From: Candidatus Cloacimonadales bacterium
GTDB taxonomy: Bacteria > Cloacimonadota > Cloacimonadia > Cloacimonadales > JAFGVF01
Length of the DNA stretch: 64,000 nt
Reading direction: 5' to 3'
Assembly: GCA_963678315.1 (NCBI GenBank)
Contig: OY782781.1
Span: 1,984,001 to 2,048,000, forward strand
The position numbers and the translations under genes were made by a program. The notes below the pieces were generated by a model. It was not told where the DNA came from and did not search any database. It saw only the letters and a program-made list of their open reading frames with translations. Numbering within the stretch: position 1 is the stretch's first letter; every line of letters starts with the position of its first letter. Below are positions 41,508-51,435 of this stretch, piece after piece.

Positions 41508-44319
41508 CTATCTTCTCCATTATTTTTTCTAAGTGTATGCCATGTGAGCCTTTTATAAGAACTACACAATCTTTAAAATCATTAATTAAATTCTCTGATA
41601 GAAATGATTCAACATTATCGAAATGTTTATTAGCTAGGTAATTGATTGAATCTCTTCCCACAGAATAGACAACTTTATCTTTAATCAAAGTAAGTTGTTT
41701 GCCAATATTTTTATGTAATTCAAGTGATTGTGTGCCAAGTTCCAACATGTCTCCTAAAATTGCAACATGCTTTTTTTCTTTTTTATAGTTGCTCCAAAAG
41801 TCAATAGCAGCTTTAGTTGAGGCTGGATTAGCATTGTAACAGTCAACTATAAAGATATTTGTATCTTTGCTTGCAAAGCTCATTCTATTGTTAAGTTTTA
41901 ACTGATTTGAAAGTCCTCTTGTGATGGTATAGTTAGCTAATCCAAGAAGTTTAGCAAGTGTGATTGCTAGAGAATAATTATGTGCAAAATAGGGGATAGG
42001 GCAGTTTACTTCATAAGAAGAGTTGTTTATACTTAGTTCAAATGAATCATTTTTAAACTGAGTAACTTCATAAGTGAAATCATTACTTTCTTTTTGTCCA
42101 AGAGAATAGCCAAAATTCTTATAAAAGTCTTCTTTGAATTCGTCAAAGAGTATGTTATCACCAGGGAAAAGAAAAGCTTTTAATTCTCTTCTAAAAATAT
42201 CGGTTTTCTCTTGATAAACGCCTTCAAGACTGCCTAACAATTCTAGGTGAGCCTGGTCAACAGAAGTTATTATTGCATAATCAGGCTTTATGATGTTACT
42301 TAAGTAATTGATTTCTCCGGGAGCATTGGTTCCAATTTCTAAAACTGCATAAGATTGATTTGCTTTTGCTCTAAAAATAGTTCTTGGAAGCCCAATATAG
42401 TTGTTCTCATTTCCACGAGTAACTAGAACATTGCTTGATTCTCTAATAATATTAGCAATAATCTCTTTAGTTGTAGTCTTGCCAGTTGAACCAGTAATAG
42501 CAATTTTAGTTAAATCGAATATGGATAAGTATCTTTTTGCTAAAATTCCATAGAATTCCAGAGAGTCTTCTACCTTTAAATAATTAGTCTTATCTATGTC
42601 TGAAGTTCCGACAGCAAATGCCTCTTCTGTATTTTCAAGGACACTATCAATATAGTTGTTACCATCAAAGTTATCACCTTTTAATGCAATAAATAAAGAC
42701 TTTTCAGTAATCGATCTTGAGTCTGTCGATATATTTTCAATATACTGGTCTGGAATGTCTATTTTTGACCAATCAAATTCATGATTGTGTTTTTCTACTA
42801 AATCAAATAAATTTATAATGTCTAGATCAACATGAAGCCTATTTTCTGCTTTCTCTACATGTATGAAATCTTGAATTACTTTTTTATCTGAGAACGGTGT
42901 TTTTCTATCACCGATTTCTTGATAATCTTCATGACCTTTTCCAAGAATAGCTACTATAGAGTCAGATTTAGCAATATCTAATGCAGTGTTAATAGCTCTT
43001 TTTCTATCCCTAATTATGATATAGTTGTCACTTGATAGGTCTTTAACCATATCGTATATTATTGAGTAGTTTTTTTCCTTTCTTGGATTATCATCTGTAA
43101 ATATTACAAAGTCTGATAGTAGGGTAGCTCTTTTAGCCATTAATGGTCTTTTAGCTTGATCTCGATTTCCTCCACAGCCAAGTACTGTGATTAATCTTTT
43201 TGCTTTCGTTTCCTTAAGCGTAGTAATCACCTGTTGAACTGCATCTGGTGTATGTGCATAGTCTAAGAATACTTTAGCTAATGATTTAGACTCTATATAT
43301 TCTAATCTTCCAGAAGTCTTTTTAAGTGAAGAGTATATTTTTGGTGTAATAGATCCGTACAACTTATTACAAATTAGATGCGCTAAAGTTAAGTTATACG
43401 CATTGAATAGTCCGTAATAATTTGAGACTATCTGTAAATTATTGTTACTTTTCTGTTCAATCAAAGTAAAGGCGGTTCCTTTGTCATGGCTTCTTATATC
43501 ACTTATCTGATAATCACTTATTGCTTGGCTACCATAAGATATTTTATCACCGTTAAACTCACTGTAATATTTCTTGCCATACTGGTCGTCTGTATTAATA
43601 ACAGCAAAAGCTTTTTGATTAAAAGCAATATCGAAGAGCATTTTTTTAGCATTGAAATAACTTTCAAAGTCTTTATGGAAATCTAAATGGTCTTGCGTTA
43701 AATTTGTGAAACCAATTGCATCAAATTGAATAGAGTGAACTCTATTAAGTACAAGTGAATGCGAAGACACTTCCATTACTACAGCTTGACAATCTTGCTT
43801 GACCATTGATGCTAAAATTGCATTTAATTCTACGAAATCAGGAGTTGTCCTTGAGTGTGATATTGTTTCTTTATTATCAAAACTATACCCTAAAGTACCT
43901 ATAGAACCACATTTAATCCCTGATTTATTCAAGACGTCGCAAATTATAGTAGAAGTAGTAGTTTTACCATTGGTTCCAGTAATACCAATTACCTTCAACT
44001 TTGATGAAGGATTATCGTAGTATAGACATGCCAGTATTGAACCGGCTTTCCTTGAATCAGTTACTAAAATGCTATTAGTTTTCACTGATTTCTCTTTAGA
44101 AGAATAAACTACTAAAGATGAGCCTTGTTCTTCTGCTTTTTCAATAAATTTATTACCATCACTAGTTAAACCTTTAATGGCTATGAATGCCCAGTTTTGA
44201 CTAACTTGGCGTGAATCAAATGTAATACCTTCTATTTCAATCTTTTCTGTAAGTCTGTAACTTAAAAGAATATTTTCTTCTTTCAGTTTCAATATATATT
44301 TATTTAAATCTATTTTCAT
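41488..44319 (-). CDS. murE-murF: Bifunctional MurE-MurF fusion (meso-DAP ligase plus D-Ala-D-Ala adding enzyme)
   Basis: N-half: GITGTNGKTT, MEVSSH, DYAHTPD, DNPR, GKGHE. C-half: TDSR, AITGSTGKTTTK, DCYNANP, LGDMLELG, IKGSH. One open frame of 943 aa. Confidence 0.93.
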   Translation of the reverse strand: MKIDLNKYILKLKEENILLSYRLTEKIEIEGITFDSRQVSQNWAFIAIKGLTSDGNKFIEKAEEQGSSLVVYSSKEKSVKTNSILVTDSRKAGSILACLYYDNPSSKLKVIGITGTNGKTTTSTIICDVLNKSGIKCGSIGTLGYSFDNKETISHSRTTPDFVELNAILASMVKQDCQAVVMEVSSHSLVLNRVHSIQFDAIGFTNLTQDHLDFHKDFESYFNAKKMLFDIAFNQKAFAVINTDDQYGKKYYSEFNGDKISYGSQAISDYQISDIRSHDKGTAFTLIEQKSNNNLQIVSNYYGLFNAYNLTLAHLICNKLYGSITPKIYSSLKKTSGRLEYIESKSLAKVFLDYAHTPDAVQQVITTLKETKAKRLITVLGCGGNRDQAKRPLMAKRATLLSDFVIFTDDNPRKEKNYSIIYDMVKDLSSDNYIIIRDRKRAINTALDIAKSDSIVAILGKGHEDYQEIGDRKTPFSDKKVIQDFIHVEKAENRLHVDLDIINLFDLVEKHNHEFDWSKIDIPDQYIENISTDSRSITEKSLFIALKGDNFDGNNYIDSVLENTEEAFAVGTSDIDKTNYLKVEDSLEFYGILAKRYLSIFDLTKIAITGSTGKTTTKEIIANIIRESSNVLVTRGNENNYIGLPRTIFRAKANQSYAVLEIGTNAPGEINYLSNIIKPDYAIITSVDQAHLELLGSLEGVYQEKTDIFRRELKAFLFPGDNILFDEFKEDFYKNFGYSLGQKESNDFTYEVTQFKNDSFELSINNSSYEVNCPIPYFAHNYSLAITLAKLLGLANYTITRGLSNQLKLNNRMSFASKDTNIFIVDCYNANPASTKAAIDFWSNYKKEKKHVAILGDMLELGTQSLELHKNIGKQLTLIKDKVVYSVGRDSINYLANKHFDNVESFLSENLINDFKDCVVLIKGSHGIHLEKIMEKIDAVSFV

Positions 44320-44320
44320 T

Positions 44321-46519
44321 TTATTTACACCAAAATATTATTTCTTCAATTTCTTCTATTGATGTGTCAGGAGCTACACTTTGTTTATAAATTAAACCAC
44401 TTCCTTTAAACTGGAAACCTATACTCTTATGAGAACAATAATCTACAGCTTCTCTAATTGTTTTCCCTTTAAAGTTTGGTACATTATTGTTTGCTAAATC
44501 AATATTTTGTTTAGCCCCAATCATTACATCCCTTTGATTTTTTGGGAAAACAACACCTGCAGAAGGGAACTGTTTTTGTATAATTTGACTATCATCTATC
44601 AATTCAGTAGTATAACTTATGTCAAGATTTTTAAGTTTGATTTTAGCATCTTTAAGTGTCATTCCTATTAGAGATGGCATAGTTGTGAAATCTTTCTGTT
44701 TTGAAATAAATTCTTCTGTTGTATACGAACCTTTGGAATATAGAATTTTCTTCATTACAGAATCAAAAATTGGTAATGCAGACTGAGAACCATAACGAGA
44801 AGCAAATTTAGGCTTATCGAAGGTGACAACAATTACATATTCTGGATTATCAGCTGGGAAATAGCCTGCAAATGAGGCAGAGTAGTCCCATTTATTTGTA
44901 TGTTTAGTCTTAGAATTTTTGGATTGTGCAGTACCAGTTTTACCAGCAAGTTTAATAATATCGTTTTTGAAATATCTTGCTGTACCATATTCGAATACTT
45001 TTTCAAGATTAGATCTAACAATATTCAGAGGACCTTGTTGAGAGATCTTCCTCAAGGGTTCTCTTTTACTCTCGAATACAATATTATTGTTCTTATCAAG
45101 AATCTTCTTTACTATATGAGGTTTAAGAAGGTAGCCACCATTAGCTAGTGAGCAATAAGCATTAGCTAGTTGCAATTGTGTAACGCCTATTTCTTGACCA
45201 TAAGATATAGAGTGTAAAGAGAATTGAGTCCAATTAGGATAGGATGCAAGAATACCTCTAACTGACTGTGAAATTGGTGTTGGAACTTTTTGACCAAATC
45301 CCATAGTCCTTAACATTGTGTAAAGATTAAAAGGCCCGATTTTTTCAGCTATCTTTGCAATACCAACATTAGATGAATAGGCTATAATTTGTTCTCCATT
45401 CAAAGGGAAATCTTTGGGATGGTCATCACTAATTTCTCTATGAGCATCTCTACCTTTTCCTTCATAATCAGGAACATAAAGAGAACAATCTATTGTTGAT
45501 TCAGGGTCGTAAACATCTAGATTAAGAGCACTTAGCATTGTAAAAGGTTTGAAGGTAGAACCAGGTTCAAAAATATAATTAGCTGGAAGATTAGCATAAC
45601 CTCGGATAACATTTTCATTCTTATCTAATTCATCTCTATCAATGCCAGCCATAACTAATATCTCACCAGTATTAGGGTCCATAACAGTACACATTGCAGC
45701 TTTAGAATCATGCTCAACTATTGCTTCTCTAAGTAATTCTTCAACTTCTCTTTGTAAATTAAAGTCTATAGTAAGATAAATATCTTGTCCCTCTTTATAT
45801 GGCTTAGTTTGAAGTCCTTTCTTAGGTAAAGGCTGACCTTTTGCATCATTATAGACTTCTTTCCAACCAAACTCACCGTTCAACTCCTTATTATAAGCAT
45901 ATTCTATACCATTTAATCCTTCAAGAGTATGTTTAGAATATTTAGGCAAGGTGTTAAGAATTGTATCATTAGAGACTTTTGCCGTTCCAAGTAATCTTAA
46001 TCCCGTTTTATCGCTGGCATGATCTCTTCTATAGTCTGAAAGAGTTACAACTATATCATGTATATCGTTTTCTTCTGCCATCATAAGTAATTGGTCTTTC
46101 TTGGATTCTACAAGCTTTAAAAAGAGAATTGGATTTGTTCTTTCTAATTTTTTAAGGAAATGTTTTTTTGATTTAGATGATACCTGACTGCAAAGTTCTG
46201 CGACTTGATTGCAGTAGTCTTCCATTGCTTTGTCACTTCCAAGTCTTTTTCTAGCTGAAGGTTTGTGTAGTTCTACTTGGTAGTATTTTGTTGTTGTAAC
46301 TAAGAGCTCATCATTGCGATCTAGTATATTCCCTCTAGTGGGGATGATAAACTCTTTTTTAGGGGTTGCTCTTCGGTATCGGTCTTCTGAAAAATCGTAA
46401 ACATCAACTATCTGAATTAGATACAGTTGTGTTATCCAAATTATTCCGACAAGAATAAAAACTAATATTACAAATTTAAATCTAATAGCTTCATTGCTTT
46501 TAGTTTTACTTGAGCTCAT
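44321..46519 (-). CDS. ftsI: Class B penicillin-binding protein FtsI with C-terminal PASTA domains
   Basis: RGNILDRN, EPGSTFK (SxxK), SSN, KTGT; two PASTA-like repeats (MPSLIGMT, VPNFKGKT). Confidence 0.92.
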   Translation of the reverse strand: MSSSKTKSNEAIRFKFVILVFILVGIIWITQLYLIQIVDVYDFSEDRYRRATPKKEFIIPTRGNILDRNDELLVTTTKYYQVELHKPSARKRLGSDKAMEDYCNQVAELCSQVSSKSKKHFLKKLERTNPILFLKLVESKKDQLLMMAEENDIHDIVVTLSDYRRDHASDKTGLRLLGTAKVSNDTILNTLPKYSKHTLEGLNGIEYAYNKELNGEFGWKEVYNDAKGQPLPKKGLQTKPYKEGQDIYLTIDFNLQREVEELLREAIVEHDSKAAMCTVMDPNTGEILVMAGIDRDELDKNENVIRGYANLPANYIFEPGSTFKPFTMLSALNLDVYDPESTIDCSLYVPDYEGKGRDAHREISDDHPKDFPLNGEQIIAYSSNVGIAKIAEKIGPFNLYTMLRTMGFGQKVPTPISQSVRGILASYPNWTQFSLHSISYGQEIGVTQLQLANAYCSLANGGYLLKPHIVKKILDKNNNIVFESKREPLRKISQQGPLNIVRSNLEKVFEYGTARYFKNDIIKLAGKTGTAQSKNSKTKHTNKWDYSASFAGYFPADNPEYVIVVTFDKPKFASRYGSQSALPIFDSVMKKILYSKGSYTTEEFISKQKDFTTMPSLIGMTLKDAKIKLKNLDISYTTELIDDSQIIQKQFPSAGVVFPKNQRDVMIGAKQNIDLANNNVPNFKGKTIREAVDYCSHKSIGFQFKGSGLIYKQSVAPDTSIEEIEEIIFWCK

Positions 46520-46898
46520 TTGCGTAAACAGTTGAGGTGAAGAAGTCTAAGAGCCTAATGTTATTGATTTTCTCAGTAGATTTATTAGTAGACAATTCAA
46601 CAAAACAAATCAGGTTTGGATCATTTTTTGGTTCAATCAAGCCAAGTTTATCCTTAGCTATCTTCACTATTCTTGTTTTGCTGTTTAATCTTGTGAATAA
46701 TTGTTCCTTTTGATTAATATCTTGATTTAGCTCTTGAATCTTGTTCTTATAGCAAGCAATTTCACGGGAAAGAGTAGTGATCTTTCCTTGAATATGCATA
46801 ACTGCCATACAACCAAGTAATATAATAATTAATGCAAAAATCAGTGTTTTTAATTCATAACTCATTGTATTGCTCCTAGATCGCTTTTTTTTCGGCAA
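46506..46898 (-). CDS. ftsL: Cell division protein FtsL-like
   Basis: TM plus coiled coil, 'RIVKIAKDKLGL..P'; between rsmH and ftsI. Confidence 0.75.
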   Translation of the reverse strand: MPKKKRSRSNTMSYELKTLIFALIIILLGCMAVMHIQGKITTLSREIACYKNKIQELNQDINQKEQLFTRLNSKTRIVKIAKDKLGLIEPKNDPNLICFVELSTNKSTEKINNIRLLDFFTSTVYANELK

Positions 46899-47805
46899 TT
46901 CTCAATTTTGCACTTCTTGATCGAGGATTCTCAATAATTTCATCCTCGGAAGCTGTGATTGGTTTCTTGTTAATAATTTTTAATGTTGATATTTTTCCAC
47001 AATTGCATATTGGAGATGAGGGCAAACAGGTGCAATCAAGGGCTTCATATCTGAAGAAATCTTTAATAATTTTATCTTCAAGGCTATGATAAGATTCTAC
47101 TACTATTCTTCCACCTGGATTTAAAAGATAAAGAGCATCTTTTAAAACGGATTTAAGAACGTCCATTTCGCCATTTACTTCAATTCTTAATGCTTGATAA
47201 ATTCTTGATAGCATTTTTGTGAAAAACTTAGGATTCATTCTCATGTTCTTTTCTAACAGGGAATTTAAGTCGTTTGAATTTTGAAAATCTATGCTTTTTC
47301 TGTTGTTAACTACTAAATTAGCAATTTTCCGAGAAGCTTTTTCTTCTCCATATTCTCTGAAGATTCTTGTTAAGTGATTCAAATCATAATTGTTCAATAT
47401 ATATGCTGCTGTTAGATCACGTGATTGATCCATACGCATATCTAAAGGGGAAACTTGTGAAAATGAGAAGCCTCTAGCTGCATCATCAATTTGATGTGAA
47501 CTGATACCTAAGTCAAATAGAATACCATCAATCCTGTTTACTTTGTTATAGGCTAATTGGGTTCTTAATTCACTGAAATTACTTTGAATGAAAGTTACCC
47601 TGTCTGCAAACTCTTCAAGTCTCTTCTTTGCAAATGAAATAGCATCAGGATCTTGATCAAAGCAGTATAATCTGGCTGTAGGGTTCGCTTTTAATATACC
47701 TTCTGAATGCATGGCTCCACCAGTCGTAGCATCAACTATGATACCATTATCCCTGATGTTTAATCCATCTATACACTCTCTAAACATTACCGCTTTATGA
47801 TACAT
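46876..47805 (-). CDS. rsmH: 16S rRNA m4C1402 methyltransferase
   Basis: DLGISSHQ, RGFSF, PLDMRMD, QALRIEVN, SYHSLED, NPRSRSAKLR. Confidence 0.97.
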   Translation of the reverse strand: MYHKAVMFRECIDGLNIRDNGIIVDATTGGAMHSEGILKANPTARLYCFDQDPDAISFAKKRLEEFADRVTFIQSNFSELRTQLAYNKVNRIDGILFDLGISSHQIDDAARGFSFSQVSPLDMRMDQSRDLTAAYILNNYDLNHLTRIFREYGEEKASRKIANLVVNNRKSIDFQNSNDLNSLLEKNMRMNPKFFTKMLSRIYQALRIEVNGEMDVLKSVLKDALYLLNPGGRIVVESYHSLEDKIIKDFFRYEALDCTCLPSSPICNCGKISTLKIINKKPITASEDEIIENPRSRSAKLRIAEKKAI

Positions 47806-48260
47806 TATATCCTCACTGATGATTTCATTGTGCTGTTAGCTAACGCTGCAAGAAGATCTTGCTCAATTTGATCTGATTTGTCTTTTGCCCATATTGTGAT
47901 GTGATCTTTTTGTCCGATAAATTTAATATCTTTATCCATTGATAAACTACTCAAGAGTTCTTGGGGAATTCTTACTCTACCGTTTGCTTCAAGTTTTTTT
48001 GAACCTGTTGAGAAGTGTTCCCATACTCTAAGCTTAGCTATATCTATGGAATTACCATTTTCCAAAATATCACAGTATTTGTAAAAAACACTTTCAGGAA
48101 ACAAGATTAAACACTCTTCGCCACCTCTGGTGATAATGATGTTTTTTGAGTCACCATAGAATTTCAACTCTTTAACGAATATCTTAGGTATAACAATTCT
48201 ACGGTCTGTTATTGTACCGTAAAATGTACCATAAAATCTTCCTTGGTTGTTTTGATTCAT
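47805..48260 (-). CDS. mraZ: Division/cell-wall cluster transcriptional repressor MraZ (divergent)
   Basis: Two AbrB-like repeats (RRIVIP..; NGRVRIP..FIGQKDHITIW); first gene of dcw. Start placed at ATG 48260 with GGAG RBS. Confidence 0.82.
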   Translation of the reverse strand: MNQNNQGRFYGTFYGTITDRRIVIPKIFVKELKFYGDSKNIIITRGGEECLILFPESVFYKYCDILENGNSIDIAKLRVWEHFSTGSKKLEANGRVRIPQELLSSLSMDKDIKFIGQKDHITIWAKDKSDQIEQDLLAALANSTMKSSVRI

Positions 48261-48290
48261 TAGGGAACTCCTATTCATTATTATTATCTT

Positions 48291-48316
48291 GTGACTACTT
48301 GTGACAGAATATGACT
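48291..48316 (-). promoter_or_regulatory. Putative MraZ operator 1: three GTCA boxes at 10-bp period
   Basis: TGAC at 48292, 48302, 48312 on + (GTCA-N6 repeats on -), just upstream of the mraZ start. Confidence 0.6.
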
Positions 48317-48575
48317 TTTTACAACAAATGTCAATTATTATTATATAATTTATTATTAATATAACTATATTTAACAAAGAATGCTTTTATAAAAGGCTTT
48401 TAGCAATAATCAAATATATATCATTATGATTAATTATTGCCAAATTATTGTGTAAAATTATACATATTATTAGCTTTAGGTCATCTTGAGACATATCTTA
48501 ATCTACTGAAAAACAATATAGTATGGTTGATATACATTATAAGAGGGATTAAATTGCATAAAAGTGTATAATTTT

Positions 48576-48639
48576 GTCATCATTTTGACTAAAAATGACT
48601 AGGATTTAAATGGTTTTACTAACCATGACCAATTATGAC
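48576..48639 (-). promoter_or_regulatory. Putative MraZ operator 2: distal phased GTCA array
   Basis: TGAC at 48586, 48596, 48626, 48636, degenerate TTAC at 48616, inverted GTCA at 48576; all in one 10-bp register. Confidence 0.5.
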
Positions 48640-48648
48640 CAAGTGCAC

Positions 48649-49250
48649 CCTTACTCCCCTCCTTGAAAAATCGGCTTTTTTTCAATGAGGCTAGTATGTT
48701 AGGAGTTGGGGGTGAATGTATTAGAGACTGGTAACTGGGATCGCCAGCCTCTGAGCTGGCTTCACTTAGAACGTAGTTATAAGTGAATTTGTAGATAGCT
48801 TTAGAAAGAAGTCTCAGAAAATGGAGTGTAAGCATCCACCGATAGGTTGAACACGGTTCATGCTTACGCAAATATGCTGCTTTGTCCTGAAGGGACATAT
48901 CTCTACAGAGCCCATGATTTCAATCGTGGGTGATAGAAGGATTTCAGACTTGAGAAGTAGTAAGAACCTGGCTAGGCAGATTTAAGAATGTTTAAGAGTT
49001 TAGAGGTTTAATTGTTTATTTGTTGATAGATTTATTGATTAATTGTTTAGGATTTGAATTCGTGAAGATTGGGGTTATTAGTAGCTGATTTACTAATTTG
49101 TATTTAGTCCCGAAGGGACGGTATATATTAGCATGGGGTCTTGTACCCCATGTTACATTATATAAACGAATTGAGTCCCGAAGGGACGACATAGATTTTA
49201 AATAGAATGTGAATAATGAAATTACACTGAATATCCAGATGAAACTTGAA
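48649..49250 (+). repeat. Modular hairpin mosaic repeat, copy 3 (A, heptamer, B, F, C, E, tail)
   Basis: A 48649-48696, B 48734-48794, F 48826-48868, C 48883-48930, E 49106-49193; tail ttttaaatagaa.gtgaataatgaaa shared with copy 2. Confidence 0.85.
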
Positions 49251-49274
49251 TTTATGATTATTGAATATTAGGAG

Positions 49275-49304
49275 AAAAAAAGAAAGCACCCTGTTAGAGT
49301 GCTT
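49275..49304 (-). terminator. Intrinsic terminator ending the PqqD/ATP-grasp operon
   Basis: Minus strand aAGCACTCT-aac-AGGGTGCTttctttttt. Confidence 0.75.
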
Positions 49305-49336
49305 GCATCGATAGTTTATCATTAAGTTAATTTATA

Positions 49337-50521
49337 TTATTTCAAAATAACTTGTTTGCTAGTAACAAACTTAGATTTTGGTAATTCAACTCTAAGGAAA
49401 TATATACCTGAAGGCAATGACTCCTTCAGTAAACTTGATAGCTCTAAGCTAGCACTTTTAGATGGATTACTAAATTCTGAAATCTTTTGACCCTTTAAAT
49501 TATAAACTGAAACAGAAATAATACTTTCATTAGATTTCACAGTGAAAGAGTTTCTAGACGGATTAGGGTAGCTAGTAATGGAAGGAAGAGCATTCTCAAT
49601 GTTTTGCTCATGGTTGGAGACTACAGGAATATATTCATAGGAATACTTAGTAGAGTTTTCCCAATTGCTAGTATCATTTGACCATAGTTGAGTTATAAGA
49701 AGGTCAGCGTATATGTAATCAGAATACTGATAAGACGCTAGGCTGTAGTTAATCCATTCATTATTTTCTGCAGTCAGACCTGTAACATTATTTAAAATCA
49801 TTGCATCATTATAAGAGTAAACATACTTTGAATAATCTTGCCAGGACTCATTACTCCAAGTTTGCCATATTTCATTTATAAGATAACTATTAATGTCCCT
49901 CTCATAGTTACATTTTGAATAATTATCCCAATTTACACCATCGTTGGAAACTTCCCAAAGCTCATAAATCTTATATCCTAAGAGATTGTATTCATAACTG
50001 ACTCTGTACTGCTCATTATCTTTTCCAGAAGAAAAATAAACCCATTCTTCATCAACAAGAATTCCATCTTCGTAAGTATAATTAATTGTTAATGAATCTT
50101 GCCAAGCAGTATTAACCCATTTTTGTAGATTATAGCTTTCAACTAAATTATCATCATTATATGAGTAATTCTCTTGTCTATAATTATAGAGAGTAGGAAT
50201 GTAAATTTGATATAGCATATTTGTTAAATTATTATTAGTGTCGTATGTGTAAGTATAGTATTCAAAATCAGTCCATATCTCTTCAATATTCTTATCAACA
50301 TCTATTGATGTAACATTATTTACATTATATGTATAGATACTATTATAGATATCTTCCCATTGATTATCTAGGTATTCTGAATAAGTATACTCTGATATAA
50401 GTCCTTCAGTACTCCTAGTGTTGTAAATGTCATGAGTTGGCTTAAGAATCAATGTCTTATCAATTGCAGTGATTGAAAGAATACTAAGAACGATACATAA
50501 AATTAAGAATGTCTTTTTCAT
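49337..50521 (-). CDS. Secreted Tyr/Trp-rich beta-repeat protein with T9SS-like CTD
   Basis: Signal peptide; roughly 30-aa repeats of the type 'YTYD.N.N......W....W....Y.Y'; CTD 'SYPNP...VYNLKGQKI...SGIYFL..KQVILK'. Confidence 0.75.
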   Translation of the reverse strand: MKKTFLILCIVLSILSITAIDKTLILKPTHDIYNTRSTEGLISEYTYSEYLDNQWEDIYNSIYTYNVNNVTSIDVDKNIEEIWTDFEYYTYTYDTNNNLTNMLYQIYIPTLYNYRQENYSYNDDNLVESYNLQKWVNTAWQDSLTINYTYEDGILVDEEWVYFSSGKDNEQYRVSYEYNLLGYKIYELWEVSNDGVNWDNYSKCNYERDINSYLINEIWQTWSNESWQDYSKYVYSYNDAMILNNVTGLTAENNEWINYSLASYQYSDYIYADLLITQLWSNDTSNWENSTKYSYEYIPVVSNHEQNIENALPSITSYPNPSRNSFTVKSNESIISVSVYNLKGQKISEFSNPSKSASLELSSLLKESLPSGIYFLRVELPKSKFVTSKQVILK

Positions 50522-51435
50522 TTATTATCTCCGATTATAAATTTGCCTGGATTATTTACCAAAACTAGAAAGCAATTTGCGATTATTCTAGTCTGAGTAT
50601 ATATATTAATCTCATCACTTAGTTCATATATCAACTCTGAACCATCAGAAAATATCTGTTTAAGCTGAAGTTCAGCTGGGTCAAGTTCTGGAGGGAAAGG
50701 AATGTATAGGATAGGATGAGAAGAGTTTGTAGGGTTATTAAGTATAAGATGGTGAAATTGGTCATAGGGATATGAATCAAACCATATTTCATATTCTGCA
50801 ATATATTCTGTATTATTATGCTTGATAAATGAAATGTCCTGTACGTTATAGGGTAAGATTCTATCCGGCATAATGAACTGAGCTTGATTGATAGATAGGT
50901 TTATAGATTCTGAAGTCCCCTTTCTATAGGAGATTGAATCAGAAACTGATTCACCAACTGTAGAATTATATACTCCAGATCCCCCAAAGTAGAAGTAGCA
51001 ATAACCATTATCATAATATGAATAATAGGCTTGTAGTTCATCACTGATGGGGGTATTATAAAACCTATGTATACCAGTTCCATAAAAATTAAGGTTGGTA
51101 AATGGATTTGATTTAATCGCCATAAGTGGAAATTCATCTATGAAAGGAATCCAAACACCATTGTTAGATAGGAATGATATATTGTAATATTCAGAAGCAT
51201 CAGTCAAATTATATTGTTGGTTTATATAGTCAAAACCTTCAAGGTAATCAACCTTTTCTACAAGTATCTGTAAGCTATCGTTACCAAAATCATACAAACC
51301 ATCCTGGTCAATATAAATTGCTTCATCTATGATCTTAAAAGGTGATACTGCTGATGGTAAAGACTCATCTTCTCTAATATTACAAGCAGCCAAGGTAACA
51401 AGTGATAATAATATAAATAAATATCTAGAAAGCAT
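50518..51435 (-). CDS. Hypothetical lipoprotein
   Basis: Lipobox LAA-C; overlaps both neighbours. Confidence 0.7.
   Translation of the reverse strand: MLSRYLFILLSLVTLAACNIREDESLPSAVSPFKIIDEAIYIDQDGLYDFGNDSLQILVEKVDYLEGFDYINQQYNLTDASEYYNISFLSNNGVWIPFIDEFPLMAIKSNPFTNLNFYGTGIHRFYNTPISDELQAYYSYYDNGYCYFYFGGSGVYNSTVGESVSDSISYRKGTSESINLSINQAQFIMPDRILPYNVQDISFIKHNNTEYIAEYEIWFDSYPYDQFHHLILNNPTNSSHPILYIPFPPELDPAELQLKQIFSDGSELIYELSDEINIYTQTRIIANCFLVLVNNPGKFIIGDNK

Noticed and set aside
48261..48377. N-terminal 39 codons of the mraZ ORF in the track
   Set aside because: AT-rich upstream sequence containing the phased boxes; ATG 48260 has the RBS and gives a normal MraZ length.
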